A stretch of 64,000 bases of DNA, from assembly GCA_973895155.1 (NCBI GenBank), contig OZ316893.1, forward strand, positions 16,894,645 through 16,958,644. Reading direction: 5' to 3'. The notes under the pieces are model-generated. The model was not told the DNA's origin. It saw only the letters and a list, made by a program, of their open reading frames with translations, and ran no database searches. This document shows, in pieces, positions 13,479 to 24,817 of this stretch (its first letter is position 1; each line of letters opens with the position of its first letter). The translations under genes and the position numbers were made by a program. Source of the DNA: Marsupella aquatica (Eukaryota > Plantae > Marchantiophyta).

Positions 13479-14049
13479 CACTACTACATATTTGGCCTTT
13501 TTGCGAAGGCAATTTAGTCGCGCTGAAACGCCATGCGAGACACTGTCCATTGCTCGCTTTGCAATTGATCACTCATCTCAATTAGCAATAATAATCGCAT
13601 CGCAAACCCAATTTGCGATGCAGAACCCGTCTCAAATACTTGCGATGCTTACTTAATCGCAAACATGTTGCAATATCATCTCCATTCGGCCGGGTTTGCA
13701 AACCATTTGCCATTGCAACTATTCTGCGATCCTAATACCCTCAACACTTTTGCGAGTCATCGGCCCTCACTCAGACTTTTGTAAGACTTATTTTATCGCA
13801 AGTCTGCGAACATGAATGAATGGCAACTATGTGAATAGATTAATATCGCAATATCATGCCGACTTAGGCAACAATATTTGCGATGAAATATGGTTTGCAA
13901 ATTTATGATGCAAGTTGATTCGCAAGATTGCGAGGATGTGGGAATGGACAAGTTGCGAATATTATTTTATTGGAAACATTTAGCGAAGGTATTGCAAAGG
14001 AATCCTGTTCGCAAAAATGGTTCGCAAAATTAATAAGGGACGTTGAAGG

Positions 14050-14915
14050 TAATTTAGGAGAAAAAAGGGGATGGGCCAAGTGAGGGACAATGGAGGGACA
14101 AGGGTAGGAGGGAGAAAGAGGGAGAAAGGGGATGGTTGGGACAAGGAAAGGAGGGAGGAAGGAGGAGGGTGCGCCAATTTAGGGAAGGCCGGTATATAGG
14201 TAAGAGGGAGAAAGGGGGTGGGATGCAAGGAATCAAGGGAGGAAAGAGGGTATAGGCAAGGTAAGAGGGAGAAATTAAGGAGCCAGGGTGGGACAAGAAA
14301 TGGAGGGAGGGAAAAGGAAAAGACGGAGGAAGGAAGAGGGTTAGCCAATTAATATAGGTAAGAGGGAGAAAGGGTTTGGAACAAGGAAAGGAGGGAGGGA
14401 AAAGGAAAAGAGGGAGGAAGGAGGAGGGTTGGCCAATTAATTTAGGTAAGAGGGAGAAAGGGTTTGGGACAATGAAAGGAGTGAGGAAGGAGTTTGGGTA
14501 TATATACCTAAGAGGAAGAAAGTAAGGGTCCAGGATGGGACAAGGAAGCGAGGGAAGGGGGAGGAGGAGGGTGGGCCATGAATTTAGGGTACAGGGATGA
14601 GGGGGTGGGACAAGGAAAGGATGGGGCAGGTTGGAGGGACAAGTTAGGGAGGGCCGGTATAGGTACTTAAGAGGGATTAAGGGGGTGGGACAAGGAAAGG
14701 AGGGAGGCCGGGACAAGTTAGGGAGGGTCAGTTTAGGTAAGAGGGAGAAAGGGTTTTGGACAAGGAAAGGAGCCGGAGGGACGGAGGGAGGATGTATATA
14801 ATTATATATATGAGGGAGAAACTAAGGAGCCAGGGTTTAGGTTAAGAGAGGGAAAAGGAAAGAGGGATTTAGGGAGAAAGGAGGTGTGTCAAGGAAAGGA
14901 GGAAGGAGAAAGAGT
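14050..14915 (+). repeat. Purine-rich (GA) degenerate minisatellite with recurring GGACAAGGAAAGGAGGGAGG and TAAGAGGGAGAAA
   Basis: The + strand is strongly purine-biased, with many G-runs. Confidence 0.85.
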
Positions 14916-15079
14916 ACAAGTAGCATGAGTTATCATAACACAAAGTCTAGCAAAAGGTGTGGAGGCATGGAGTTTAGGGTTTAGAGTATATCAATGACAT
15001 TTCAAAATGACATGATCAATTCACAAATGCACATGAATATATCTCCAACAAAGAAGACAGAGAAATCATCATAAATATG

Positions 15080-15662
15080 AATCCAATGATAGGAATTGGC
15101 ATCACTATATATCCGCATAATATACATATCCCTCATTCTTGGTCCACATCCTCATCAGTTGGGGACACAACCATAACATCAGGCCTTTCCCCGATAATAG
15201 AACAAGATCGTGGCACATACGTGATGACAAGTGACCACTTCTCTGGGTTTGGGGGGTATGGAATATAGAAACATTGCTCCACATGGCTTGGAAATATAAA
15301 TGGCTCTGATGTTTGCCAGTGCGATGGCTGGAAACTAGTGGCAGACGTCTTGAGTCGTGTAAATCCACACTCATCTTGAACCACAATGAGATTGTTACTT
15401 GCAAGGTTCACTTTCATCTTGAACCACAATGGGATTGTTACCTGCAAGGTTCACTTTGAACCACTTGCACTTGAAGATATACTCTTCAAACTTTGACTGT
15501 GCATCATATGATACCACTAGGATCTCCTCTATTTTTCCATAATATGGCACAACATCTCGAATAATATTTCTGTCGTGATGACTGCTGCAAGAATCTTGAG
15601 AGAATTGTCCTTGAACTCCACAATCAAATGTATGACCCCTCTTCTCATCAAGGGAAGAAACC
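15080..15662 (-). pseudogene. Last exon of CACTA B TnpD (DUF4216-like region)
   Basis: VSSLDEKRGHTFDCGV...IVVQDECGFTRL...EPFIFPSHVEQCFY is homologous to exon 3 of the CACTA C TnpD. It is disrupted by a 43-bp tandem duplication near 15372-15457. Confidence 0.85.
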
Positions 15663-16929
15663 CCACTAGTAGAAACCGGGGCAATTTAGACCATACCTTA
15701 TAGGACTAAGCCCACTAAGTCCTTTTTCCATACTTGAAATGACTCGCACCCATTGCACCGGTTTTGTTGAAGACTACAAAAGACTATTAGTGTTTTATGG
15801 TTCACTAAAAGACTATGAGAAGTAACCTTGCTACTTTGTGAACGGTGAATAGTCTAGCACATCATGGGTAATGTTCACTTATGTTGAGGAGGGGTAATTC
15901 TGTAAAGAGGGAGATAGCAAGGGGCATAACTCAATAAATGGCCTTATTTGTGACAAAAAAGGTTTTGGAGTGAGGTTCATGGAGGGTGGACTACGGAGGG
16001 ATCGATTACTAACTCCATCAATAAAAGGCCGAGATGCACAAAGGTAGATTTGTACCGGTCTCAAGGGGGTGTGGGTTTAGGGTTAGGGGGTTGTCCAGGC
16101 GAAGAACACTCGATTGAAATAGTGACGCAATGGTTTAGGGTAAAGGAACATGTTTAGGGACCCTAACTTGTTTGCTGCCTTGGGAGGATCTTGAGAGCCT
16201 GAGCTTGCAAGCAGCATGCACTCTAAAAATGGCCCTTGGCATTGCAAAGATAGTCTGGCCACAGTCGAGTTGTGAAGACGTTTAGGGGGTTTATATGTCA
16301 AGGCTAGGGGGTGGCTGGGTTTTCACTAAAGGGGGTTTAGGGGGGTTTGATGTCAAGGGTCGGGGGTTGCATGTTAAGGGGATGGGGGTTTAGGAACCAT
16401 TGGATCGTTGGCATCATGTCCATTGACATCATGTTCCCCATCATGTCCATTGACATCATATATGTCGGGAAAGATAATTGACAAATTATTCATGAGGGTA
16501 GGCAATTTGGACAATGTTCACTTGTGTTCAGGAGGGGTAATTGCATAAATTAAGAGGGTGATGACAAGGGGCATCACTCATTAAATGGCCTTATTTGTGA
16601 CCAAAAGAGGTTTGGTTTAATGAAGTTCGATCACCACAGATATTTGCTAAGGCCAAAGTATTTGTTTAGCGACACTACACTAAGTTGTCACTCACAACAC
16701 TTGAGTGAATGGAGGGGGTTTATGGAGGGTCAGGATAATCTTGCCGTTACCATGTCGGCAACACCAGTGACTTTGGTAAGGGTATCCCAAGCTAGGGGCC
16801 TGTACCGCTTGCAGTACCGTTTGGACACCCGAGTCGCGCGACCGTTGGAAGGGAACAAGCCGGTTATGCAACTTTGCTTACACTTAGCAGGTTGTTGATG
16901 TGTTTAGGGATCCCGCCACATTCCCAACT

Positions 16930-17150
16930 TGCGGAGCAAGGTTTATTGTGTTCTCTTGGTGGGATCGGGAGTTTAGGGATTGGAGCAAGGTTTTATCGTG
17001 TTCTCTCGATGGGATTGGGAGCTTAGGGATCGGAGCAAGGTTTTCCGTGTAATCTTGGTGGGAACGTCTCTACAGTGAGGTTTAGTGTTCCCATTTTCTT
17101 GTGGTCGGCTCTGTGGAATCCGAGAAGAGGGATCGGGAGTTTAGGGATGC
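16930..17150. repeat. Short tandem repeat GGAGCAAGGTTT...GGGATCGGGAGTTTAGGGAT (~3 copies plus partial)
   Basis: Units visible at ~16933, 16982 and 17032. Confidence 0.75.
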
Positions 17151-20100
17151 TGCAATGACCGGCTCTCGAAGGGTGAGGTGAGACAACCAATTCAACGCCC
17201 TTTTGCTGCACCCTTAAGCTGTTGAGCTGCCATTGAGCTGGTGAAGCTGCATGCGGGTTGCATCTGTTCTACGGGCGCACTATCTGCCTGGTTTATGGAT
17301 TGTGGACTTTGTGGGGAGCGACAATCGGTAACAACGTGAAGGCCATCAGAGGCTGGGCAAAGCAGTTTAGGGTGCTGTGGTCGAGGAGGAGCTCACCACA
17401 AATTGGGGAGAAGACGCGGGTGACGAGCTGGGGGCGGGGAGGAGCTGCGGTCAGGGAGGATACAGACCGTCTACAGAACGACTGGCAGTCGGAGCGGCGC
17501 AGGAGCTTAGAGTGGGCCAACGCCAGCTGAATACAAGCCAGGAGTTGCATAAGGTGAGAGTCCAAGTTTTGTGTTGCTTTAGTGTTCGAGCAGCGTGCTG
17601 CCATTTCAGCCACAGTGCACCGCCTTTGAAGCTCCCATTGTCAGGGCTGGTAAGACATCACGGCTACATTGCTTTTCTTTGTTGTCCTCTGTCTTTTTGT
17701 GGGGACAACCTACTTGATTTGAGCTGCGCAAATCGTCATAAGTTAAGGCATGCGTCATGCCATCTGGATAGTGTGCCACCGAACTGTGGGAGGATGAGCA
17801 ACGCGTGGCTGTAAGCAGGTATTCTGTCAGCACAGGCGAGACTTCATTGTTAAAATCCTATTGCCTGCAATGTGTCTTGTAATGTGTTTTTCCTCATTCA
17901 ATCAGGAGCTGAGAAGGGTATTGTTAGGCTTCAATTACTCTGTGTTTTTCTCCAGCTCCATGGTACAGTTTGTGCTTTGTCTGGCGCCCATGCTCCGTCG
18001 ATCGTAGAGCTAGGTCAACCGAGCTTTGAAGAGGGAGGCTGTGGGAGCTCCTTACTGTGCTGCAGCTGCTCTTCAATCAACGGTGTAGAGATTGTAGCTA
18101 CGATCAGTGTTTGCGGAGCTGCCAGCCGGGTGCTTCGATAGTAGAGAAGAGCAGCCACAGTGATTCAGTCCTTCTCCTACGTGCAACCAAGGACCCCCTG
18201 TGCATCGTAAAGTGTGACCTCGGAGCTGAGCTGCGCACTGTCTCTATTACATGCCTTGTTGTTCTCTATTACATGCCTTGTTCTCCCGTCCACTATTTCC
18301 TGTGATTTTCTTTCTTCTAGAAGAGAATGGTGATTTCTTCTTCAATCAAACAAAACCCCACCCAACCACCACCCAAGAACGTGGGGTGCGCGCTTCTCAA
18401 TCCTCCTCAAACTGGCCCCAAGTCTGCTGAAACCCAATATATTACCCACCGGCACCAAGGGTCCAGTCCCAACCCGTCTTTCGCTTGCCACCCTCCTCAC
18501 TCTCTCGCGCATCTATCTCCCGATATTTCACGCGCAGCCGAGCCCACCAAAAGCTCTCTCCCTACAATCCCTCCTAAATCAACTTTCTCGTTTCCTGCTG
18601 CTGCTGATGTATGTTTGTTCTCCCCTATTTTTGTTTACTGATTGGTCTCTCCACACTTCCTGCTTGACATTACTGTTTTGCTCCTCCTGGATCCAAACAT
18701 GCCTTGTGCCCCGTGCTCCAACCTGCATCCTTTTCTTTACTGAGGGGGGGACCACAGCCTCCAGCCATACCTTGTGGCAGGCCTGGTCAAGACGGTGGTC
18801 GGTAGCTCGTTTTTGCTTTTTTCTCTTTTGTTTCCCAAGCTTCTGGGCGAGGGCATTACCATTCTGGATTCTCCGCGAGGCGCCACTAGCTTTTTTTCTC
18901 GGTTGCCCGTGTGCCTGCCTTCTTAGTTTTGTTTTTTCCTCAAGTGACCGGGCCATCGCTGTATGCAGATTTTTCTTGTTGTATTCATGTACAATATTTT
19001 ATTGTTCTATCTAGGTTGTGGCAAGCCAACAAACTGTTGACAACCAACATGGAATAACAACTATGCAGTGCAATGGCAGAGGACACTGTCCAATACAGGA
19101 ATGACATGGTTATGTTTTCAATTCCCTGCTTGGATGAGGCGTGGTGTTGCTTGTAATCATGTATTTCTTCACACTAGAAAAGCAGTCTGTCAGATGAGGT
19201 TGTCGGGATTGTCTGTGGGTCAGTCATCTTACGGACACCTAGCAACGTCAAATGAATGGCGGAAACGGGCCATGTTGTCATTTTGAAATTTGTCTTTCCT
19301 TTTGCCATGCTACCCAATCATTTTGTTAGTCCATGAGTCATAGATTCATAGATTCTATGTTTTGTGCTTTGTCTAGAATGCTATGGCGCCCATGCTACAA
19401 TTTGTGGTTTTTGTCTAAGCACAAATCCTCTCTGTGCCTGGTCTCTGTGTACCGTCATTTGGATTGATTGTGCAGACGTTTCCTCTTCTCCCAGTCCTTG
19501 TCATCCACCAGCCAAAGCACATTGGATTGTTTTCAAAGGAGGGCTGTGTAGTTCGGAGGGTTTGATCTATGCAGCGGATTTGAGCAGATTGGCGGTTGTT
19601 AGTTTCTTCTTGTAAAACCTGTCTGTCTTTTCTGCTTTTGGCCATGCTCCTTCACTTGTTGCTGCAAGCTCAATGTGCTTCAGCTATGGCAATATTCACT
19701 TACCCTGTCCCAACGGCACTGCCATGAGCTGTAGGACAGCCAACAGAAGCAGATTGTATCAATTGCATGTAAGTCAGGGTATTTTATGTATTGCGGAACA
19801 ACTGTCCAAGTATGCTGCAATGGTCCATCTTGCGGAGCTGAATGAGCCAATTTCATTTTCCCTGTGCACTTCTATTTCTCAGAGAATTCCCTGGTCATGC
19901 TCATTTCCCCCAGAGTTAGAAAACAAAGAAGAAGAGCTGACTAATTGTAATTCCAATCCATATCCTGATCGGTCAAGGATTGTTCACTACATTGGCCTTG
20001 TCATTGGCCGAGGTCACCAAATTTTGCTTGGTTTCATTCCTGTGGAGCACTGCTGTGATGGATTTGTCGTAGCATTCTGCAAACTCTCACGGTTTGCTTA

Positions 20101-20469
20101 TGGCCATTATTTGCAATTTGCTGCTACTAATATGTCTTCTTCTGAGCAGCATACACCAGAAGTAAGCAATAGTGGAGGTTTAACTGCACATCAACACATC
20201 TAGTGAACTACCTCTCTGCTGCTCACTGGAGGGTGAGACTTTCACTCTTTCTGGATATTGTAGTTTGTAAGCAAGTTGATTAGGAGTGTTTCATGCTATG
20301 TTTACACTGTGACCCCTAGCTGGAACCAATGGAATGACACAGTGAGTGGGAACTGATAATTTAAGGTTGGTTGCTGTTGGTGAGGCAAGTACAGCTCCTG
20401 CTCACCTTGCTGATCGAAGGTGCTTATCAGAGGACGTGAACACACGACATCTCCACAAAAGCAACACTT

Positions 20470-20919
20470 ATGGTGAGGACCCGCAACGCTGAACATGTGC
20501 GGCTTGCACGCAAGGCAGAGATGTTGCGCCTTGAGTATGTCAAACTTGGGATCCTTCCAGCCCAGTCTGCATGGTACTTTGAGTACCCAGTTGTTGCCAG
20601 GAACAACTACAGCCGGCCTGTACCTGCTTCTCCACCCTTCCCAACATCCTTGGTATTTCTGTCTCTTGTACATGACCCGCCACAAATTAGGACCCAAGGG
20701 TGTGTGCACAGTTGCCAATATGACTGTCCTGCCTGTAGGGCTTCTGGCCTAGAGTTGGATGACCGTTCTCTTGGATGTCGGTTTTTTCACAGAGCACAAT
20801 GTATCATCTGGAACCACTCGCCATCCTGCAGTGTGCCTGGCGATGTCACTTGTCCTGCCCTCCCAGACCCCACCACCGGTCACTTTGGTGTCTACACATG
20901 TTTGGATCACACGCTCTAG
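20470..20919 (+). CDS. Cys/His-rich hypothetical protein, possibly a degenerate zinc finger; CACTA C cargo
   Basis: ATG-initiated 149-aa ORF containing CVHSCQYDCPAC...GCRFFHRAQC. Same strand as the other cargo ORFs; no family recognised. Confidence 0.35.
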   Translation: MVRTRNAEHVRLARKAEMLRLEYVKLGILPAQSAWYFEYPVVARNNYSRPVPASPPFPTSLVFLSLVHDPPQIRTQGCVHSCQYDCPACRASGLELDDRSLGCRFFHRAQCIIWNHSPSCSVPGDVTCPALPDPTTGHFGVYTCLDHTL

Positions 20920-21588
20920 AGGACCACTTGTCACACCACATGCACAAACTAGAGACCATTGACCTATAACTTAACACTTTGACTTGAACAGAGAGGATAT
21001 TTACTTAAGATTTTGAATTATGACCAATTTTGGGTCCAGGGTTTAGGGTCAACAGTACATAACTTATCCTATTATGGCTGCACTAAGTACAATATCCTAA
21101 TTTAAGAGGCTAGCACGCTCACTTAAAAGTCTCCTTTCAAAGACTGGAATTAATGGGCCATGTGATAACCTGGAAAAAGTGATTTATGCCTAACTTATTT
21201 GTCTCATTCACTATCATAGCCTATTTAGGATGTATAAATTACAACCCTGATCACACTGCTTGATACCAATCCTGTTCAAAAAATGCCTGTTTTACATGTC
21301 ACGACTGTTATATGTGATTCAAATGCATTAAATCTTGTTGCAGATCTCCTTTGGTGAATCATAGCCACAAAATTGAGGTGTAGGTGGAGCTATTGTACGA
21401 GGGGATCAGTTTTTAGTGTGGGCTCAACAAACCAAAAAGTATGTCTACTCTGCACATGTGTGTGAACATTTCATTGCAGTAGCAATTGCCACTCTAGTCT
21501 ATATGCTACACTGTACTTTTTGTACACTGCACTAAATTGTATTGTCCGTGCACTCTGCTAAATTGTACTATCTGTCTCATGCGTAGGC

Positions 21589-22255
21589 ATGGCACGCCCT
21601 AAAATCCGAGCCAAGAAGCGGGGGACAGAGGTGAGCAACACAGGTGTAGTTGGGCCAGATGGTAGTAACTTCTCCGCAAGTCAGATTTTCCAGAAGGCAG
21701 CTCATTGTTGTGCCATTTGTGACGATGGTGGTGGCTTAGCCTTGCATGAGGCATTTCCACCTCAACCCGAAGTCTGACCTTGCTGCAGAAAACAACTGTC
21801 CAGGGGTGGGCCTCCCGTCAGCACACCAGGGAGGCTGGATGTGCACTGATTGTTTGGAGAAGCAGGCTAAGTGTGCACAGTGTGGGAAGTTGGGGTCTTA
21901 TGAGGGCTCTGTTGATGCTCCACCACTTGTTAGGAAATGCCCTGACAGATATTGTGTGAGGTTCTTTTGTTTTTCATGTTTGCCCGATCTTGCCACAACT
22001 TGCCCACTTCATAAGTGCAAGGCATGTGGTCAGCACGATGAAGATTTCTGGGTGGACATAGTCCACTGTGTTAGGTGTCCCACCATGTGGCACTTTCATT
22101 GTTTGAAGGAGCGTCAAGCAGAAGGCTATGCTTGTGACAGACACATCTATGATCACTCTGCACATGGTGTTGATCGATGGATCTTCTATTGTCATCGCCA
22201 TGCCATAGATCCTACTTTGCACACTCCCATGAGAGATCACATTTCTTGGCTTTGA
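21589..22255 (+). pseudogene. EDM2-like multi-PHD-finger module with a small frameshifting deletion at ~21742
   Basis: CAICDDGG.L/CMRHFH...C.DC.EKQAKCAQCGKLGS...C..FF...CPLHKCKACG...CVRCPTMWHFHCL...IFYCHRHAIDPTLHTPMRDHI. This is colinear with the EDM2 PHD region as I recall it (CAICDNGG, CPLHKC, IYCQEHEIDEELLTPVRDHVKF). An acceptor-like GCGTAG lies just before the ATG. Confidence 0.8.
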
Positions 22256-22819
22256 ACCTGAATAATATACATGCATAGTGCACCTGATGTGGATACCTTG
22301 GAGATTGCAGACATTCCAATTTTGAGAAGAAGGACCTCTGTAGGAGAGGATGCTTAGGCAACAAGTACCCTAAGTTCATTACTTGTTCCTGGGTACATGC
22401 CTTCAAAAACTGCCCTTAAGCCTTCTAGGAACTTTTTTAACTCTGCAATCATTTTGATCACGACTTACATGACACTGCTTAAATTAAATCAGGACTTCTC
22501 ATTATGAGCATATAAGTTACAAGGCTATTTAATTTGCGAGAATTCCCTTAAAGTGTACCAACATTTTGTATTCTCATTGAATGTCTGCCCATTTACAACA
22601 TCTGTATGTGGCATCACAAAACAATTGCACTTGTCACCTTCAATATTGTGAAGGCACATATTCAAACTATGAGGTGCATGCTTGCAGGTGTCTAGTACGT
22701 TTGTCCCAATATTTCTCCCGTTTGGAATCGGAGCAGAGACTCACCAGACGACTGGACTGGACCAAGTTATAAACGCAGCATTTTAAGGGCCCTTCGATTA
22801 TCAGGTGAACGCATTATCT

Positions 22820-22977
22820 TCCGGTCTGCAGTGATTAGGTGGCCCGTGTGTACATGGCCTCTAGGAAACGTACAAAGGTTGACCACCCGCCTCTGTTGTC
22901 CGGTCTGCAGTGATTAGGTGGCCCGTGTGTACATGGCCTCTAGGAAACGTACAAAGGTTGACCACCCGCCTCTGTTG
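22820..22977 (+). repeat. Exact 79-bp tandem duplication spanning the BRCT gene start
   Basis: TCCGGTCTGCAG...CCTCTGTTG occurs at 22820-22898 and again at 22899-22977. Confidence 0.95.
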
Positions 22978-23781
22978 GCTGGAATCAAAGCCATTTTGAT
23001 TCCTGGCCACTATGGGTTCACCCAAGTGAGTTGGCCAATCGTACAAAAACGATTCTCAGAGTTCCATGGGACTGAAGTCAAGGACATCACTCCACAGACT
23101 ACACATGTTGTTGCGGGGACATGGCTGGATGTGATGAACAAGTGGTCATGGTCCTTCATTGATTCTGCCATTACCAACCAAGGTCTAAAAGTAGTTGAAG
23201 TCTCTTGGCTGACCGATTCTGTTAAACATAGGTGTGTACAGAGTACTGAGCAATATGAGTTGTGGGAGAGTGAGGAGGCCACTGCAGAGGCTTTGGCTGA
23301 AAAGGAAGCCTATGAAGCAGCGGCAGAGAAACCCAACTTTGCTTCTGTCCAATATGGACCTGTTGTCAACATAGGACACCATCCTATGCGTGCAGATGCT
23401 ATATTGAATGAGCATGGCAAGGAGAGAAATACCATTATGAAGGGGTTCAGTGTGGTATTTGCAGAAGAAGGAATTGGGGAGACTAAGTGCAGACTGTACA
23501 AGTCTATAGTTGTTGAGCTAGGTGGGACAGTGGAGGAGAGTCTAACAGAAACCTCCACTCATGTTGTAGGTCTGTCATACATGAAAATATGCAGAAAATT
23601 CTTTAAGACAACAGTGCGTGATTTTGTCATGAACAACAATCTTTGGGTGCTTTCCCCTGATTGGCTTCTGGAATCAGCAGCTAGAGGGAAGCGACAGAAT
23701 GCTTGGGACTTTGATATTTTTGAGGCCTGGCCCTCCAAGATTCAGTGGAGATGTATGCTTAGCAAAGGTGGGAGAGAGTGA
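22933..23781 (+). CDS. Tandem BRCT-domain protein (282 aa); CACTA C cargo
   Basis: Two repeats with BRCT hallmarks: (G)G-x-V...THVV...VV/VL-x3-W-L-x-D/E-S (TTHVVAG...VVEVSWLTDS; LGGTVEESLTETSTHVVG...VLSPDWLLES). The frame is intact and AATAAA lies at ~23825. Confidence 0.85.
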   Translation: MASRKRTKVDHPPLLAGIKAILIPGHYGFTQVSWPIVQKRFSEFHGTEVKDITPQTTHVVAGTWLDVMNKWSWSFIDSAITNQGLKVVEVSWLTDSVKHRCVQSTEQYELWESEEATAEALAEKEAYEAAAEKPNFASVQYGPVVNIGHHPMRADAILNEHGKERNTIMKGFSVVFAEEGIGETKCRLYKSIVVELGGTVEESLTETSTHVVGLSYMKICRKFFKTTVRDFVMNNNLWVLSPDWLLESAARGKRQNAWDFDIFEAWPSKIQWRCMLSKGGRE

Positions 23782-23957
23782 GGAGTAGGAGTCCCTCATA
23801 TTTTTGTATAAAACACAATTTTGTAATAAATGTGATCCTTGAACTAACTCATCTTGTCATGGTTGGTCGCAGTTGAAGTGATTGTTGTTTCCTGCTGCGT
23901 GGGGTGTGACTGTGAATCTACTTGCTGGGCTCTGTTTGGCTGAAGACTTTGGTGGGT

Positions 23958-24491
23958 ATGCTGCCTCTTCCAGACCGTCAGGCCCTATGTAGGGTCCTCC
24001 TACGGGTTGCATTGTGCATGGCTACTGCTTGGGCTTACTTGTGTGGATTGGTAACCAGACAGAGTGTAGCTCCATCCGAGATAATGCCTGCAGACCTTGG
24101 ATGTGTTGTGAATGCTGTGGTGAATGAGGATGCACAGTCGGAAGAGGACATTTACTTTTCAGCAGATGAGTTAGACAAGCACGATGCTGTAGGTGGTTCC
24201 TTGTTGCCTGATTTGGCAGATGATATAGTTCTTACACATGTCTGGCCGAGGGTTCTTGTGGTGTCTGGCGCACAAGATATCTGCAAATATAGACTAATTA
24301 GTACCCAGTGGAGGGACTTGGTAGCAACATGTGCACCATGGAGGGCACTGCTGCCACTGCTTGTAGGCACGGATCGAAGACCACCATGGCATGAGCAGGG
24401 TTTAGACCTTGATGACTTAATGTACATGCCTGAGTACCTCAGGGCTGAGTGGCATCGACAACAGGATTGGTATCCGTATTTGATGTGGTAG
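23958..24491 (+). CDS. F-box-like protein with a hydrophobic N-terminus; CACTA C cargo
   Basis: SLLPDLADDIVLTHVWPRV...CKYRLISTQWRDLV matches the plant F-box pattern L-P-x-L-x-D-D...R-x-V/I-S-x-x-W-R. Confidence 0.6.
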   Translation: MLPLPDRQALCRVLLRVALCMATAWAYLCGLVTRQSVAPSEIMPADLGCVVNAVVNEDAQSEEDIYFSADELDKHDAVGGSLLPDLADDIVLTHVWPRVLVVSGAQDICKYRLISTQWRDLVATCAPWRALLPLLVGTDRRPPWHEQGLDLDDLMYMPEYLRAEWHRQQDWYPYLMW

Positions 24492-24817
24492 TAAGATGAG
24501 GACATCTCACACCGGTCTCGCACCTGGCACCTGTGTCTATGACTATACATGATTGGACTCTGATATGGTCATGGATGTACGTGCAGAGGCAGTACATGTG
24601 AGGACAGCGGAGGAGTTGACACCCTCAAACATTTAGGAATTTTGTCTCATTCACTTGAGAATAGGTACATGACTCAGGCACCTATATTTTTTGTTTTTTT
24701 GTTTTTTTGGAACGTTACGTATTTTGGCAAGTACAGTCGGGGGTGAAATCCTTAACAGGAAGTGTATTTTTCACTTGCATAATAAAATGACAGGGTGCTG
24801 AGTGCGTGTGTATAGTG

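Noticed and set aside
13980-14716. Pro/Leu/Ser-rich ORFs of 122 and 220 aa
   Set aside because: Artefacts of the pyrimidine-rich strand of the GA minisatellite.
17258-20203. Numerous 70-176 aa ORFs on both strands in the 5' part of CACTA C
   Set aside because: No recognisable motif or consistent strand. They may be captured gene fragments, but I cannot support a call.
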